Shown: positions 11,684-24,169 of the stretch, one piece after another
How positions within the stretch are numbered: position 1 is the stretch's first letter
Layout: each line of letters opens with the position of its first letter
Made by a program: the position numbers and the translations under genes
Assembly: GCF_006345805.1 (NCBI RefSeq)
Contig: NC_043000.1
Span: 63,736,001-63,800,000, forward strand
DNA from: Octopus sinensis
Lineage: Eukaryota
DNA length: 64,000 nt
Direction of reading: 5' to 3'
Notes under the pieces: model-generated
Databases searched by the model: none
What the model was told of the DNA's origin: nothing
Seen by the model: only the letters and a program-made list of their open reading frames with translations

Positions 11684-13058
11684 ACACACACACACACAAG
11701 ACATATTTCAGACGGTCTACATATCATGCAAACAACAAACATTCGTTTCATTCATAGAAACTGCAAACGCTGGAAGTTAAGTTATTCTAGAAACATTGTC
11801 AATGTCATCAGCGTATCTTTCCTTTATAACTGGTCTGGTCAAAACCAAAGTCGATAATTGAGGTTATTGTATTTGCTAGCCTCAAAATACACAAATCTGT
11901 AATGGCACATGTTGCCAACGAAAACGTAAGCGTGCTGTGATAAGTGAAAACACCGTTGAAGATGCTATGCTTGGCCAAGAATATGATAAAAACCCAAAAT
12001 TTCTTCATGGGCCACCAAGCATTCATTGACCCAACGGACATAAATTTAGTTATTCTTTGTTGGGTGCAACGATATATTCACCCATAATAACAGTAAATGA
12101 TTCTGTGCCTACTTCCTCAAGTGAATCTCTCAAAATATAGTCAATCATAATAGACTAAACTCATTTTGTATATCGTTGCTCAGCCTTTGTTAAGCCTCCT
12201 CACAAGATCGAAGTCATCTTTCTCATCTCACTCGTACAAGATTACACAAATTAGATTACTCTTCAAAATTTCCTTGCATGACCATTCCTTGTCAGCAAAG
12301 GAAATGCAAACACCCAATAATAATTATTATGTATTTATAATTTGTTTGCATACGTGTTCTTGCAATTTTATTCCACAATTCTTTGACGTTATTTGAATTT
12401 AGGAATTAGAACGTCACTTCAATAACAGCACGGTAACATTCAGAATGTCGATGTTCCTCAAAACACTAACGAGTTTTGTTTTCTAAATACAAAATCGTCC
12501 TGTTAAAATACATTTCTTTATATGTAACATACTGTAATTTTCAATTTCCTCGATACTTTGCACATGATTTAAAAAAAATATGCACAAGTGTAAGTTTGTT
12601 TTAAAGAAAGAAGTCAAAAGCAGTAAACAAATTGATTGGAAATAACGCTTTTGATTATAATAGATGCCCGCTGGGAAAACTAAAATTCATTAGTTAATTT
12701 GCATTATACAAACACTCCAGGGCGGGTTTTTGTTAATTGTTCCTGCTGATATTGACAGAGATAATGAAGTCGGAACTATTTCAATAGAAACAATTTTACT
12801 AGAAGCGTTCGAATATACTTATAATCATGTAATACGATTTGTTTCAGCAGCAGATGAACCCCAAACTATTAAGAATAATCGGTTTGGGGTTGAAAAACAA
12901 GACTATCGTTTGTTACTGGCTACATACATAAAATTGTATTAAAGACAATTTTTGAAACGGAACATTTTCCTAAAATATACTAAACTTGACAAACCCTTTA
13001 AAACCCATTCAACCTCTGAGTATCATATATGAAATTTAAATAGATTAATCCCTAAGAT

Positions 13059-13345
13059 GAGGCACAATGGCCCAGTGATTATGGCAGCGGTCGGAGGATC
13101 GCGGTTTCGATTCCCAGACCGGGCATTGTGTGTGTTTATTGAGCGAAAACACCTAAAGCTCCGGCAGGGGTGGGGCTATCCCTGTTGTACTCTTTCGCCA
13201 CAACTTTCTCTCACTCTTTCTTCCTGTTTCTTGAGTAACGCTGCGATGGACTGGCGTCCTGTCCAGCTGGGAGGAACACATACGCCACAGAAACCGGGAA
13301 ACCGGGCCCATAAGGCTTGAAAAGGGCGCATAAATAAAAAAAAAG
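13059..13345 (+). mobile_element. tRNA-derived SINE, family C
   Basis: Head GGCACAATGGCCCAGTG...GGTTTCGATTCCCAGACCGGG and A-rich tail. A second copy lies at 32167. Confidence 0.85.
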
Positions 13346-13971
13346 TTCCTAAGATAATATAAAGTAATTATATTTTTTATGTTTATTTCATTGAATCTAG
13401 GTCTAATTATTCACCATAGCTTTTGATATAGCAACCATTATTATTTGTTACAATATCATTATATATATAAAACCAATTTACTCAACTTTATATCCAGATC
13501 CAGATTTTTTAGTTTTATCTGCGGCCGCCAAGTGGAATATCGGCAGTAATGCGGATTTTCTCTACTAAATAGTAATACATACTTACAAAACTTATACGAT
13601 TTAAAACAACACGGTTATGATTTGATCAGGAAAAGTGGCCAAAGTTAATTTTTGAGGTTACATCTTTATAAAATTACATCTTTATAAAATGTGCTTTACT
13701 AAATTCGGCAATAAATTCTGAAAATCTTCTTCCTGATATCATTTAACCGAATTATACTTCAATATTCAAATCTCAGTTGTAATATCATATTCTACGTGAA
13801 AATTTATATAAATTATTCCGGAAATGCTAATTTTACAAAATTGTTGCGGTAACCAATATGTTTATACACGTGATATGTTATACTGCGATTAACAATTCCT
13901 CGCAGAGCCATTTTCAATTATGAAAACAGTTTTTACTTATAAAGAAATAATTCGGGACTGAAAACAGTTAA

Positions 13972-14715
13972 TCTATATATAAAAAACTGAGAATGTCTGT
14001 TTGTCTGTCTTTCTGACTGTCTGTATGCATGTATGCGTGCATCCCTAAAACTCGTGAACTACCTTACCGATTTCATTCAAATTTTACACATGCCGTACTT
14101 AGAATCCATGGAGTGTCATGGGCCCAAAACATTTCCAACTTCTTGCCTAATGCGAGCCTGGAGCAATCTTTTATCTCTTACACTGTTTCGGTATTACGTG
14201 TCAAAAGTGAAACAATAACATCCCTATTGTAATGTGATATAATAGTTTCACTATATGGTTTCAATTTCAATTACTTTCACTATGTTTTTATATACATGTC
14301 TGTGTATGTATATATATATATATAATATATATATATATACAAACTGAAAGAAGTCTGTTCTATATATGGTGTGTGTGTGGTGTGTGGTGTGTGTGTGTGT
14401 GTCTGTGTCTGTGTCTGTGTCTGTGTCTGTGTGTCTGTGTCTGTGTGTGTGTGTATTTTTTGTGTCTGTGTTTGTTCTTCTGCCACTATCACTTAGAACC
14501 CGATGTTGGTGTATTTACGTCCCCGTAACTTAGCGGTTCGGCAGAAGATATCGATAGAATAAGCACCAGACTTACAAAGAATAAATCTTGTGGTCGATTT
14601 GTTCGACCAGCGGCGGTGCTCCAGCATGGCCGCAGTCACATGACTGAAACAAGTAAAACAATAAAAAAAAAGCTATGCCATTTTAATCCAGGGCAAGGCC
14701 GGATATCTCTGCTAG
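13972..14715 (+). mobile_element. Non-autonomous Helitron carrying a nested SINE-A tail and microsatellites
   Basis: A|TCTATATATAAAA 5' end followed by a GTCT-rich run. 3' end CCAGGGCAAGGCCGGATATCTCTGCTAG|T (GC-rich subterminal segment then CTAG). Inserted between A and T, no TSD. SINE-A tail at ~14470-14665. Confidence 0.75.
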
Positions 14716-14999
14716 TCCTACCTAATAAGTGAAAAGTCCTGTGGTTGTTATCGTCTGTGTCTACTACGTTAATTGGGTTTTGGTATACCCCGTTCGGTTG
14801 GTGACCCCTGACCCTGTATATGTTTCTACATTCAGTCTATTGAGTTGAATATAGTACATATTTCCTGATGATCAACAGTGGGATAAAAGGAAATGCGGAA
14901 GCTGACTGGCAGGATTTGAACTCAGTAATTAATCAACGAAATTAATTACCTCTTAACCCATTGCCATCAGCGTCACCCTTATAAATCTGATAATAATTG

Positions 15000-15210
15000 T
15001 ATCTATTAAAGGCACAAGGCCTGAAATTTCGGGAGGTGGGGGAGTATTGTCGAGTATATCGCTCTCAGTACATGACTGGTACTTATTCTATCGACTGGAA
15101 AGAATGAAGGACAAAGTCCACTTCAGCGGAGCTTGAATTCAGAGCGTAAAAACGGACGATATGCCGCTGAGCATCTTATCCGGCATGGTAACGATTCAGT
15201 GAGTTCACCA
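15000..15210 (-). mobile_element. SINE family B copy
   Basis: Reverse complement of the family B core and tail (GGCACAAGGCCTGAAATTT, ACTGGTACTTATT, GAATTCAGAGCGTAAA). Confidence 0.7.
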
Positions 15211-16049
15211 CGTTGCAGACCTAATTATAATATCTCAATAAATCATATTAAGAGAATATTAATGATAATGGTTTTTCAAATTTTATCACCAGACAAGTAA
15301 TACTAGGAAGTTGAGGCTGGTTGCATAATCACTGTATTTGACAGCACTTATTTTCCACAAAATAATATCTGAATAAATTCTCTCCACGTCCTATATGCGA
15401 AGTTGCTTTAAATATTACATGATTTAATAATGCACTAAAAATATGTCTTTCCTAAGTATTCGTGATGCTGAAATATATACGATTGACGTATATATATTTT
15501 ATTCAAGTTTGCATGTTTTCGAAATAACTGAGGAATTGAAGTTAAATAAATGTCCGTATTATTAGCTGCTAGTTCTAGCCAGTCGAACGATTACATAATG
15601 GTTCCGTGTATAATATCTAAATACAGTTTATATCGGTCATGGGCCAAATGCGGGACTTTCTGAATGGAACGCTTAACGAAAAATTACCTCAAAGGTTTTG
15701 TAGTGTGGTCCGCCTGATGATGAGCTATGTCAAATGCGGCCTACTTCTCGAAAAAGGTTACCCATATGTTTATGTATTGGTTTGTGACACAGGTACAAGA
15801 TCACAATTAATAAGGATTAATAAAATTTGTTGATTACTTATCATTAGTCGTGTACATGCTGCATCTTGCAACAAAGAGATCAATTCTAATAATGTTTTCC
15901 CAACGCAGTATAGCAAGCTATCTTACTAGTCGATAAACGAATAGGAATAGCAGTTTGAGTAGTGAACGTTTTAATATTGTATTCCTTCAGTTTCTAACGT
16001 TTTCAACTGAAATGAGAGAATTCGGTTCTAAAAATAATAATTTAAATAT

Positions 16050-16370
16050 TTAGAGTGCACTGGTAATACCAGCGGTCGAAATGGAGTTCCTCCGAAGGAT
16101 CTGTGGCTTCACATTGAGAGGTTACAGCTCCTGTACTACGGACATGTCGCAGGAAAGAATAGCAAAACGGATTCTTCAAGCCGAGCCAATAGGCAGAAGA
16201 CGTAGAGGGCAGACCAAGAATGAAATGGCTGTATAATATCCATAGCTTCAATTGGTCATGCTGGGGGAATCCAGCCAGAAAGTGTAATGACGGTTGCTTT
16301 TGATAGAACCCGATGGGGGAGGTATCTGAGGACTCTACTCCACCTCCATGACCTTCCCAAGAATATTGGA
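16050..16370 (+). mobile_element. RTE-clade LINE 3' fragment
   Basis: Peptide pieces AVEMEFLRRICG, IERLQLLYYGH and RIAKRILQAEPIGRRRRGRP. The same family recurs at ~53820-54260. Confidence 0.7.
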
Positions 16371-16380
16371 TGGAAATATA

Positions 16381-16455
16381 CAGTATGATTCAAAAGTCTC
16401 CTGTAGCTTTTTTTTTTTATCAGTTAAATGCTAAAGTGACTTTTGAATTACTCTG
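16381..16455. mobile_element. 75-bp Tc1/mariner-type mini-MITE
   Basis: TA|CAGTATGATTCAAAAGTC ... GACTTTTGAATTACTCTG|TA: 18-bp imperfect TIRs with a TA duplication. Confidence 0.55.
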
Positions 16456-16720
16456 TATGTTGTTTGCATGTTGGAATGACATTTCATTCTCTGAAACAAT
16501 TTTAAACATTTCAAATGTTACAGAAACGTTCTTTTATGATTTTTTAAACATTTGTTTCAGAAAGATTTCTCGGCGTTTTCAAATCTTCATCATCCAATGT
16601 ATCCGTCAGACTATGGATATCGGAGTAGATTATCAAATGTAACCTTTCGATGATGTATCTATCACCATATCATTCAATGTCCCTTCAATGCTTTTCATTC
16701 ACTTTTTTTTTTTGCAACTG

Positions 16721-16893
16721 TAGGCGCTGGGGTGGCTGTGTAGTCAGTAGCTTGCTTACCAACCACATGGTTCCGGGTTCAGTCCCACTGAGTGGCACAT
16801 TGGGCAAGTGTCTTCTACTATAGCCTCAGACCGACCAAAGCCTTGTAAGTGCATTTGGTAGACGGAAACTAAAAGAAGCCCGTTGTATATATG

Positions 16894-16942
<49 letters not shown>

Positions 16943-17158
16943 TTGTGTGTCTGTGTTTGTCCCCCAACATCGCTTGACAACCGATGCTGGTGTGTTTACG
17001 TCCTCGTAACTCAGTGGTTCGACAAAAGAGACCGATAGGATAAGTACTAGGCTTACAAAGAATAAGTCCTGGTGTCGATTTGCTCGACTAGAGGCGGTGC
17101 TCCAGCATGGCCGCAGTAAAATGACTGAAACAAGTAAAAGAGTAAAGAGAGTAAAAGA
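16721..17158 (+). mobile_element. Full-length SINE family A
   Basis: Complete head, internal (TA)n(TG)n run, tail and AAGAGTAA repeats. Confidence 0.9.
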
Positions 17159-17342
17159 CAGTGTAGAATGTGGTTTGAGAGACATTTAGTATTTCTAGTA
17201 AGTCGAGCGATCAAGTAAAGTTTCTGAGTGTGATATCCAAACACGGTTTATATATTAATTTGAAATACAGATACAAGATCACAATTACATTTTTAGTGGC
17301 TGGGTATTTTAGACTATTTGAGCGATACTACTTAGCCTATTG

Positions 17343-17580
17343 TTAAGGCGCGTGGCTTAGTGGCTAGGCTGTTGCACTAATGACCATAAGATTGTGGCTT
17401 TGATTCATGGGCCAGGCGAGAGGTGGTGTTCTGAAATAAAACTCTTCATTTCACATTGCTCCAGTTCACTCAGCTGGCAAAAGTAATTCTGCGACGGACC
17501 GGCGTCTCGTCCAGGAGAGGAATATATATGCCACAGAATCTGGGAAACCAGCCTTATGAACCCATGGCTCGGGAAGAACC
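17343..17580 (+). mobile_element. tRNA-derived SINE, family D
   Basis: Head AAGGCGCGTGGCTTAGTGG and central TTTCACATTGCTCCAGTTCACTCAGCTG domain. Related copies at ~18826, 19529 and 56385. Confidence 0.7.
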
Positions 17581-17889
17581 TTTGATCCGTTTTTCTATTC
17601 TTTATGATTTAAACTATAATATAGACACTAGCTGCTGTTTCTCGCCAGTCGAGCGATCACATAATGCTTCTGTATAATATCCAAATACAGTTTATATTAG
17701 TCGTGGGCAAACTACAGCACGCGGAACTTTCTGAATGGAACGTTTAACGAAAAATGACATCATTTTTTTAGTAGTTCGGCCCACTTGATGATGAGCTATG
17801 TCTCATGCGGCCCGCTTCTCGAAAAAGCTGTCCATACCTGGTTTATACATTGGTTTGTGATATAGGTACAAGGCTACAATTATTTTTTT

Positions 17890-18812
17890 CTTAGTGGAGT
17901 GGTGTCTTGACTTCCATTTTGTTCCAATGCCTGGATGGATTGGATTCTTGGTCGAATGGAGTGTCGATCGAGTTGTGGTGCACAATTTAGTGAAAATAGG
18001 ATTACAGACCTAGATTTTGCTGATGATGAGGTTATTCCTGCTGAGTTTCTAGATGTCTTAAGGAGTGCTCTCCTTTCACTGAGTATTGAGAAAGTGAAAC
18101 CACTTAGCCTTAGAGTATTTTGGGTCAAGACAAAGATTCAGTCCTTCGTTGGCTTCTTGGAGGCCTCCACTTATCTGTCTTTGTTGCGGATGACAATGCC
18201 GAAGTTGTTGGCCGTTTCAGTTATCTCAGCAGCGAGATTCATGGTTGCTTTAGCTGCGAATCTGAAGTCCTAAAAATACGCAGACGAGCTGGTGCAGTTG
18301 TAGACTCATTTGATAAGGGTGTTTGGTGCTACAGATATCTGTGCAGGAGAACAAAGATTCGGGTCTTTAGGTCTCTGGTCCTCTCTGTTCTGCTTTTTAA
18401 GTTGTGAGACTGGGACACGGTCCAAGGCCCTTAAGAGCCACCTCAACTTCTTTGGTAGGATTATGGGTTACCATTTGTCGGATTTCGTATCCAACCAACG
18501 ACTCTACTCAGAACTGGAATGCGACCTGTTACTTGTATGATTGGGGGCACCAACTCAGACTGCTTGGTCATGTTGCTCGATTTTCTGAGTTAGACCCTGC
18601 TTACCATGTCCTCTTCACTGGATCCAGCTGGGTTGACGGCTTGTGTTGGTCGACCACGTACCACATGATTACAGCAAATGAGGAGGTGTTTTGCGGAGAT
18701 GGGGACTGACTGGGACTCTACTTGACGGCTCGCCCAGGAGGACCTGGAAATATAGTGACAAATGGTGAATGCAGCAACGCGCTGCAACAGTGCATGCTAC
18801 AACACCTGACCT
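17890..18812 (+). mobile_element. RTE-clade LINE fragment (RT C-terminal half to 3' end), disrupted
   Basis: MDWIL...ITDLDFADD (RT YADD-type motif), VVGRFSYLSS, TKIRVFRSLVLSVLL and QLRLLGHVAR. Several frameshifts. Confidence 0.85.
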
Positions 18813-18825
18813 CATCTGGGGTGGT

Positions 18826-19140
18826 ATGCATAGCTCTGTGGTTAGAGTGTCGGGCTTACAATCATGAGGTAGTGAATTCTATTCTTGGACCTGGCTGTGT
18901 GTTGTGTTCTTGAGCAAGACACAGTATTTCATGTTGCTCCAATTCACTCAGCTGTAGAAATGAGTTGCGACATCACTGGTGCCAAGCTGTATCGGCCTTT
19001 CCCTTGGATAACATCGGTGGCGTGGAGAGGGGAGACTGGCATACAAAGGGCGATTGCTTGTCTTCCATAAACAACCTTGCCCGGACTTGTGCCTCGGAGG
19101 GTAACTTTCTAGGTGCAGTGCCATGGTCATTCATGACACT
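18826..19140 (+). mobile_element. SINE family D copy
   Basis: TGTGGTTAGAGTGTCGGGC head and GTGTTCTTGAGCAAGACAC domain. Its tail matches the copy at 56385-56700. Confidence 0.75.
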
Positions 19141-19528
19141 ATTTAAAACTATTATATAGATATTAGCTGCTATTTCTAACAAGTCGAATGACCATGTAAA
19201 GTTTTCGTATGTAAAACTCAGAGTTTCTATATATTGATTTGTAACACAGGTACAAGACTACAATTATTTTTAGCTTTTCTTTTATAGGCACAAGTTTTCT
19301 TTTATATGCACAAGTTGCTATTTCTAGCAAGTCGGACGCTCACTTTATATATTGGTTTGTAACACAGATACAAACCCACAAACTAGTGGATGTAGTTGGA
19401 CTCTTATATACGACTGATACTTATTTTACCAACCATCGAAGGACAAAAGACTTCGCTAATCTCCTTTTATCACGTAGCCATACGTATACAAACGAATGCA
19501 CACACACACGCACACGCGCGCGCACAGT

Positions 19529-19860
19529 GAAGGCACGTGGCTTACTGGTTAGAGTATTCGACTCATGATCATAAGGTTGTGAATTCAATTCCTGGCAATG
19601 TGTTGTGTCCTTGAGCAAGACACTTTATTTCATGTTGCTTCCGTCCACTCAACTGGCAAAAATGAGAAGTACCTGTATTACAAAGGGCCAGCCTTGTTAC
19701 ATTCTGTGTCACGCTGAATCTCCCTGAGAACTAAGTTAAGGGGTAAGCGTGTCTGTGGAGTGCTCAGCCACTTACACGTTAATTTCACGAGCAGGCTGTT
19801 ATATTGATCTGATCAAGTGGAACTTTCGTCATCGTAACTGACGGAATGCCAACATATGCG
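19529..19860 (+). mobile_element. SINE family D copy with a different tail
   Basis: AAGGCACGTGGCTTACTGGTTAG head and GTGTCCTTGAGCAAGACACTTTATTTC domain. Confidence 0.75.
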
Positions 19861-20690
19861 TTAAAGGCAGTGGGGCCTCCAAGAGAAATTTTGCAAGGCG
19901 CTACAAGACCCCTTTGGGGCCCCGGGCTGTAAGTAGATACTCTTGGTGTTATCATATGTTCATACAACTAAGCCTACAATAATTAATAATAAATACTAAT
20001 AAAAAGAAGTGTGATATGATAAGTATTGTTTGCGTATGTGTGATATGATAACTATGTGTGATATGATAAGTATGTTTGTGTATGTGAATGTAAGTGTATG
20101 TCGAACTGGGGGTAGTAGAAAGTGCTTGTTTTCAAGGGGGAATGGATGTTGCATGGTTGCTGTGGAGCCCTCCTTAGCTTTTGGGCCCCAGAACAAAGTA
20201 CCGGCTGGACATCCCTCTCTCGTAGGCCCTGAAAGGCAGTGTTTATGACCCTTAACATAACTTCGTTGAATGGTAGAAGAAAGTTATTCTCAGAAATGGA
20301 GACATGGGCTGAATGCTAGCAACAAGAGTGTGTTCTGCTAAAGGCATGCAAGAACCGGGTGGGGGAGTTTAACCGAGCTACGAATTGAGTCTATAAGCCA
20401 CGCAGCCCATGCCGGAATTCGAACTCAGAATGCAATGACTTGGAGTAAATAGCTCATGACATGCCCGTCCGATGCTCCATCGATTTCGCCATCCCACCGA
20501 TCGATCACCCTGCACTGGTCAATTTAACTATTGAGTCCGGAAGCAGGAAAGACAAAGTTGACCTTGGCAGCATTTGAACTTAGAACGTAAAGGGACGCAA
20601 CTAAATACGGTAGCAACAAGGTACGTTGTCCGAGGCTCTACTGATTCAGCCGAGAGATGAGAGAACGGGAGAACGGGGAGAGGAAGGGAG

Positions 20691-20884
20691 AGAAGAAGAA
20701 GAAGAAGAAGAAGAAGAAGAAGAAGAAGAAGAAGAAGAGAAGAAGAAGAGAAGAAAGAAGAAGAAGAAGAAGAAGAAGAAGATGAAGAAGAAGAAGAAGA
20801 AGAAAAGAAGAAGAAGAAGAAGAAGAAGAAGATGAAGAAGAAGAAGATGAAGAAGAAGAAGAAGAAGAAGAAGAAGATGAAGAA

Positions 20885-20919
<35 letters not shown>

Positions 20920-21031
20920 AGAAGAAGAAGAAGAAGAAAAGAAGAAGAAGAAGAAGAAGAAGAGAAGAAGAAGAAGAAGAAGATGAAGAAGAAGAAGATG
21001 AAGAAGAAGAAGATGAAGAAGAAGAAGAAGA
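20691..21031. repeat. ~340-bp (GAA)n polypurine tract with GAT interruptions
   Basis: Read directly. It produces the poly-E/K/R and poly-F/L/S artefact ORFs. Confidence 0.97.
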
Positions 21032-21537
21032 GACTACGTAGGTAATTCAAGCGAAGGACGTGGTAATCGTACTTTTACAATAACACTTGAGCTTATTTTA
21101 AGTCATCCACTACCAAGCAGGCTACACCACCTATACGAACACGCGCACACACACGCATGCACGCACACGCATACACGCACGTATATGTGCGCGTGAAGGC
21201 TTTGTTAGAGTTGTGTATGCGTGTGTGTATGTGCATGTGTGTGTGTGTGCGCATGTGTTTGCGTTTGGGAGAGTGCGCACGTGAGTAATATACACATGGT
21301 CTTATGAGTGTATGAGTGTGAATGTATCTTAGAAGATGAATACGTATTCTGTGTGTGTGTGCGCGTGTGCGTATGTGTGTGTATGTGTGTGTATGTGTGG
21401 TGTGTGTGTGTGTGCACGCGCGATCCGTATGCTGCTATATGAATATAGTCAAGTGTGTATCTGAGTAAATAATATACGATGTTATATAAGCAGTGTCATG
21501 TGTGATGCGTGTATGTAGGTTTGTTTATTTACATTCT

Positions 21538-21580
<43 letters not shown>

Positions 21581-22390
21581 GAGACACACATACTGACAGA
21601 CAGACAGACAGACAAACAGACAGGCAGACAGACAGACAGACAGACAGAGAATGTATTTGTGGTAGAGGGGTATGTTTGGCGTTATGAATGTGGTTTTGTA
21701 TATATGTTTGCTATTATGGTGATGTAGTCTAGTATGTATGTATTGAAACATAATGGTTTTCTGCCTGCATATATGCGCATTGTTTTGATACGGCGATAGC
21801 TTTGTGTATATAAGTGAATGGGTTTTTTTTTTTTTTAATTTATAATCATGTGTAGGACTATGTTTTGGTGCATGTTGCTGTGATAATGTATAAAACAGAG
21901 ATGGAGCAGTCCTTATCACCTCCGGTTGTGCACGTGTGCCTGCGTGCGTAATTGCGTGTATATCATGTATATGTACAGTTAGTTATATCATGTGATTGTG
22001 CATATTAATGTGTATGAGTATATGTATATATATACGTTAACGTGCGGAGAAATCTTTCAGTGTAGGTTTGTTTGTATATTTATAGATGTATAAACAATAA
22101 TACAAGTGTGAATTTGAGAGAGAGAGAAGAGTAAATGAGAGAGAGGGGGAGGGGGAGAAAGAGGGAGAGAGGAAGGGTGAGAGAGAATACAGTGTTTGTA
22201 TGTGAGAGGGTGTAATAGAGGATTTTTTTTGTTGTGTTTGTTTATTTATAGATACATATAAGTATAATTGTGTCAGAGCGAGATTGGTAGAATACCCGAG
22301 CAGCATTGACGTTACCAGTCTCTCTCTGACACAAATAAATCCAAATTCTTTAGCCGACGTCATAACACGGTTTTTTTTGTTCTTGTTATC

Positions 22391-22547
22391 CAGTGGCGTT
22401 GCATAGGGAGTGCGATTAGTGCAGATTGCGCAAAGCAGCCACTTAAGGAGAGGTGGATAAACACACGTTGAAAGTGTGTTACATTTAAGAAAGGGACCTG
22501 CCAATCTAGCTACCATACAGAACACCAGAATCCATGCTACGCTATTG
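22391..22547. mobile_element. Short TIR MITE relic (CAGTGGCGT-type ends)
   Basis: CAGTGGCGTTGCATAG versus reverse complement of CCATGCTACGCTATTG. TSD not preserved. Similar relics at ~54500-54670 and 55690-55830. Confidence 0.4.
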
Positions 22548-23083
22548 TTGCCACCTCTGCAGCAACCTTACTAAATCAAAGGCAACTCTACTCACCCTAC
22601 ATTTATTTTGTTTTAATACTTGCTGAGGATTTATTTTTATTCTCAGCCCCTATCATATATCTGTGATGGAGTTTTCTCTGTTTCTCTCTTCGTGTCACAA
22701 ATTCCTACTCTACTGTTCCTCTCAAGTCCAATACCAACCGAGTAAGACAATGTAGATCTAACAACTCATCCGCGACATCCCACTTTCATTGGAAGTCCTA
22801 TAGTAGTGGTTGCCAGTCTTTTCACAACCATGGCCCCCTTTTATTTAAATGAGTTTTCTCACGGCCCCCTTTCAATATGCTTATCCATCGCGTGTGTACC
22901 GTTGGCGATTTTTTTTCCTCTGTCTTCCCTTCTCTAGATCTTTCCTTCTCCTATGTTTCCGACGAAGAGCTCCGTTCGAAACGTTAAACCCTCCTTCTTC
23001 CCTTCCTTCCTGGGCGTCCAATAATACTATATTTGTTCCACGTCCTCGCGTTGTGTTTTCTCTTTGTGTTTTCATGTTTGGAT

Positions 23084-23124
<41 letters not shown>

Positions 23125-23379
23125 AATTTTGAATTTAATTACGGACCCCCAGTACTCACTATTTTTGCGGACGACAAGTTGGAAACCACTATACTGTAGA
23201 TTGCCATACTCGTGTATTCACACGATCCCTGAATCCGCAAGATTTTTTGGGCACCTCTTTATCCCATCACCAAATATTCAGGTCAAACCATGCTATAATG
23301 GACCGGACCGTTGCTTTCTTATTGCAACATGACTTGGGAAGACAAGCACTTCCACCAGTCACATTCTCCTCATCAATAT

Positions 23380-23605
23380 TCTGAAGTTTAGGTAGCGAGC
23401 TGGAAAAATTGTGAGCACGCTGGGTAAAAAGTTTAACGCCATCTCGTCTCTTTTTACGTTCTGGGTTCAAATTCAGCCGAGGTTGACATCGTCTTTCATC
23501 CTTTCGTGGTCGGTAAAATAAATACCAGTTGAGCACTGGGGTCGATGCAATCGACTTGCTCCCTCCACCGAAATTACTGCCTTTGTGCCAAAATTTGAAA
23601 TTCAA
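23380..23605 (+). mobile_element. SINE family B copy
   Basis: GCGAGCTGG...GGTTCAAATTCAGCCGAGG...TGTGCCAAAATTTGAAA. Confidence 0.75.
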
Positions 23606-24169
23606 TATCATTCTGAAGTTTAGGTTTTGGTTTTTCTTTGTACGAATTTTTTGTGCCTATTTATTTATTTATTTTTTGCTATAGAAAACAACCGGGTACA
23701 ACTTGGAGTTGACTGTCATCACATAGATATTGCTTATGTTAAATTGTTGTTTTAGTGCAGAGCAAATACGTTCAAGACTTGGCTATACAACCATATACAT
23801 TCTGACTGGAATAATTTGCACGTTACTAGGATATGATTCAATAAATGTGTATCTTCCTTGCCGATTACAATTAATAATTTCCATTTCACTTTACCACCAA
23901 GATGACTGGAGACTGAAACAGAACGAATACTGACGGATATGGAAAGAATCATTTAGCTGAATTCATTCCCTTAATTAAGCTCTATAATAGCTTCCCATTC
24001 TTGTGATGACCCTGTAACATTGACGCATTGACTTTCTATTTACGCGGCTTCCGTTAATCAGTCTTTCTCTTCAATCTGGCGAATTTCTCTGGCCACATTA
24101 TTTCGCTAACCTTGTTAATCTGGCAGAGATATCTGAGATCCTTCTTTTTTTTTTCTTTACACGTTAGAT

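Noticed and set aside
11780-12180. Minus-strand RYADDI and IMIDYILR words suggesting a reverse transcriptase
   Set aside because: The two words are ~300 bp apart in different frames with no supporting motifs between them; too weak to call.
15713-15760. CTGATGA...CTCGAAA resembling a hammerhead or a C/D-box start
   Set aside because: The stem II closing pair is wrong, stems I and III do not form, the second copy (17785) lacks the core, and no D box or terminal stem was found.
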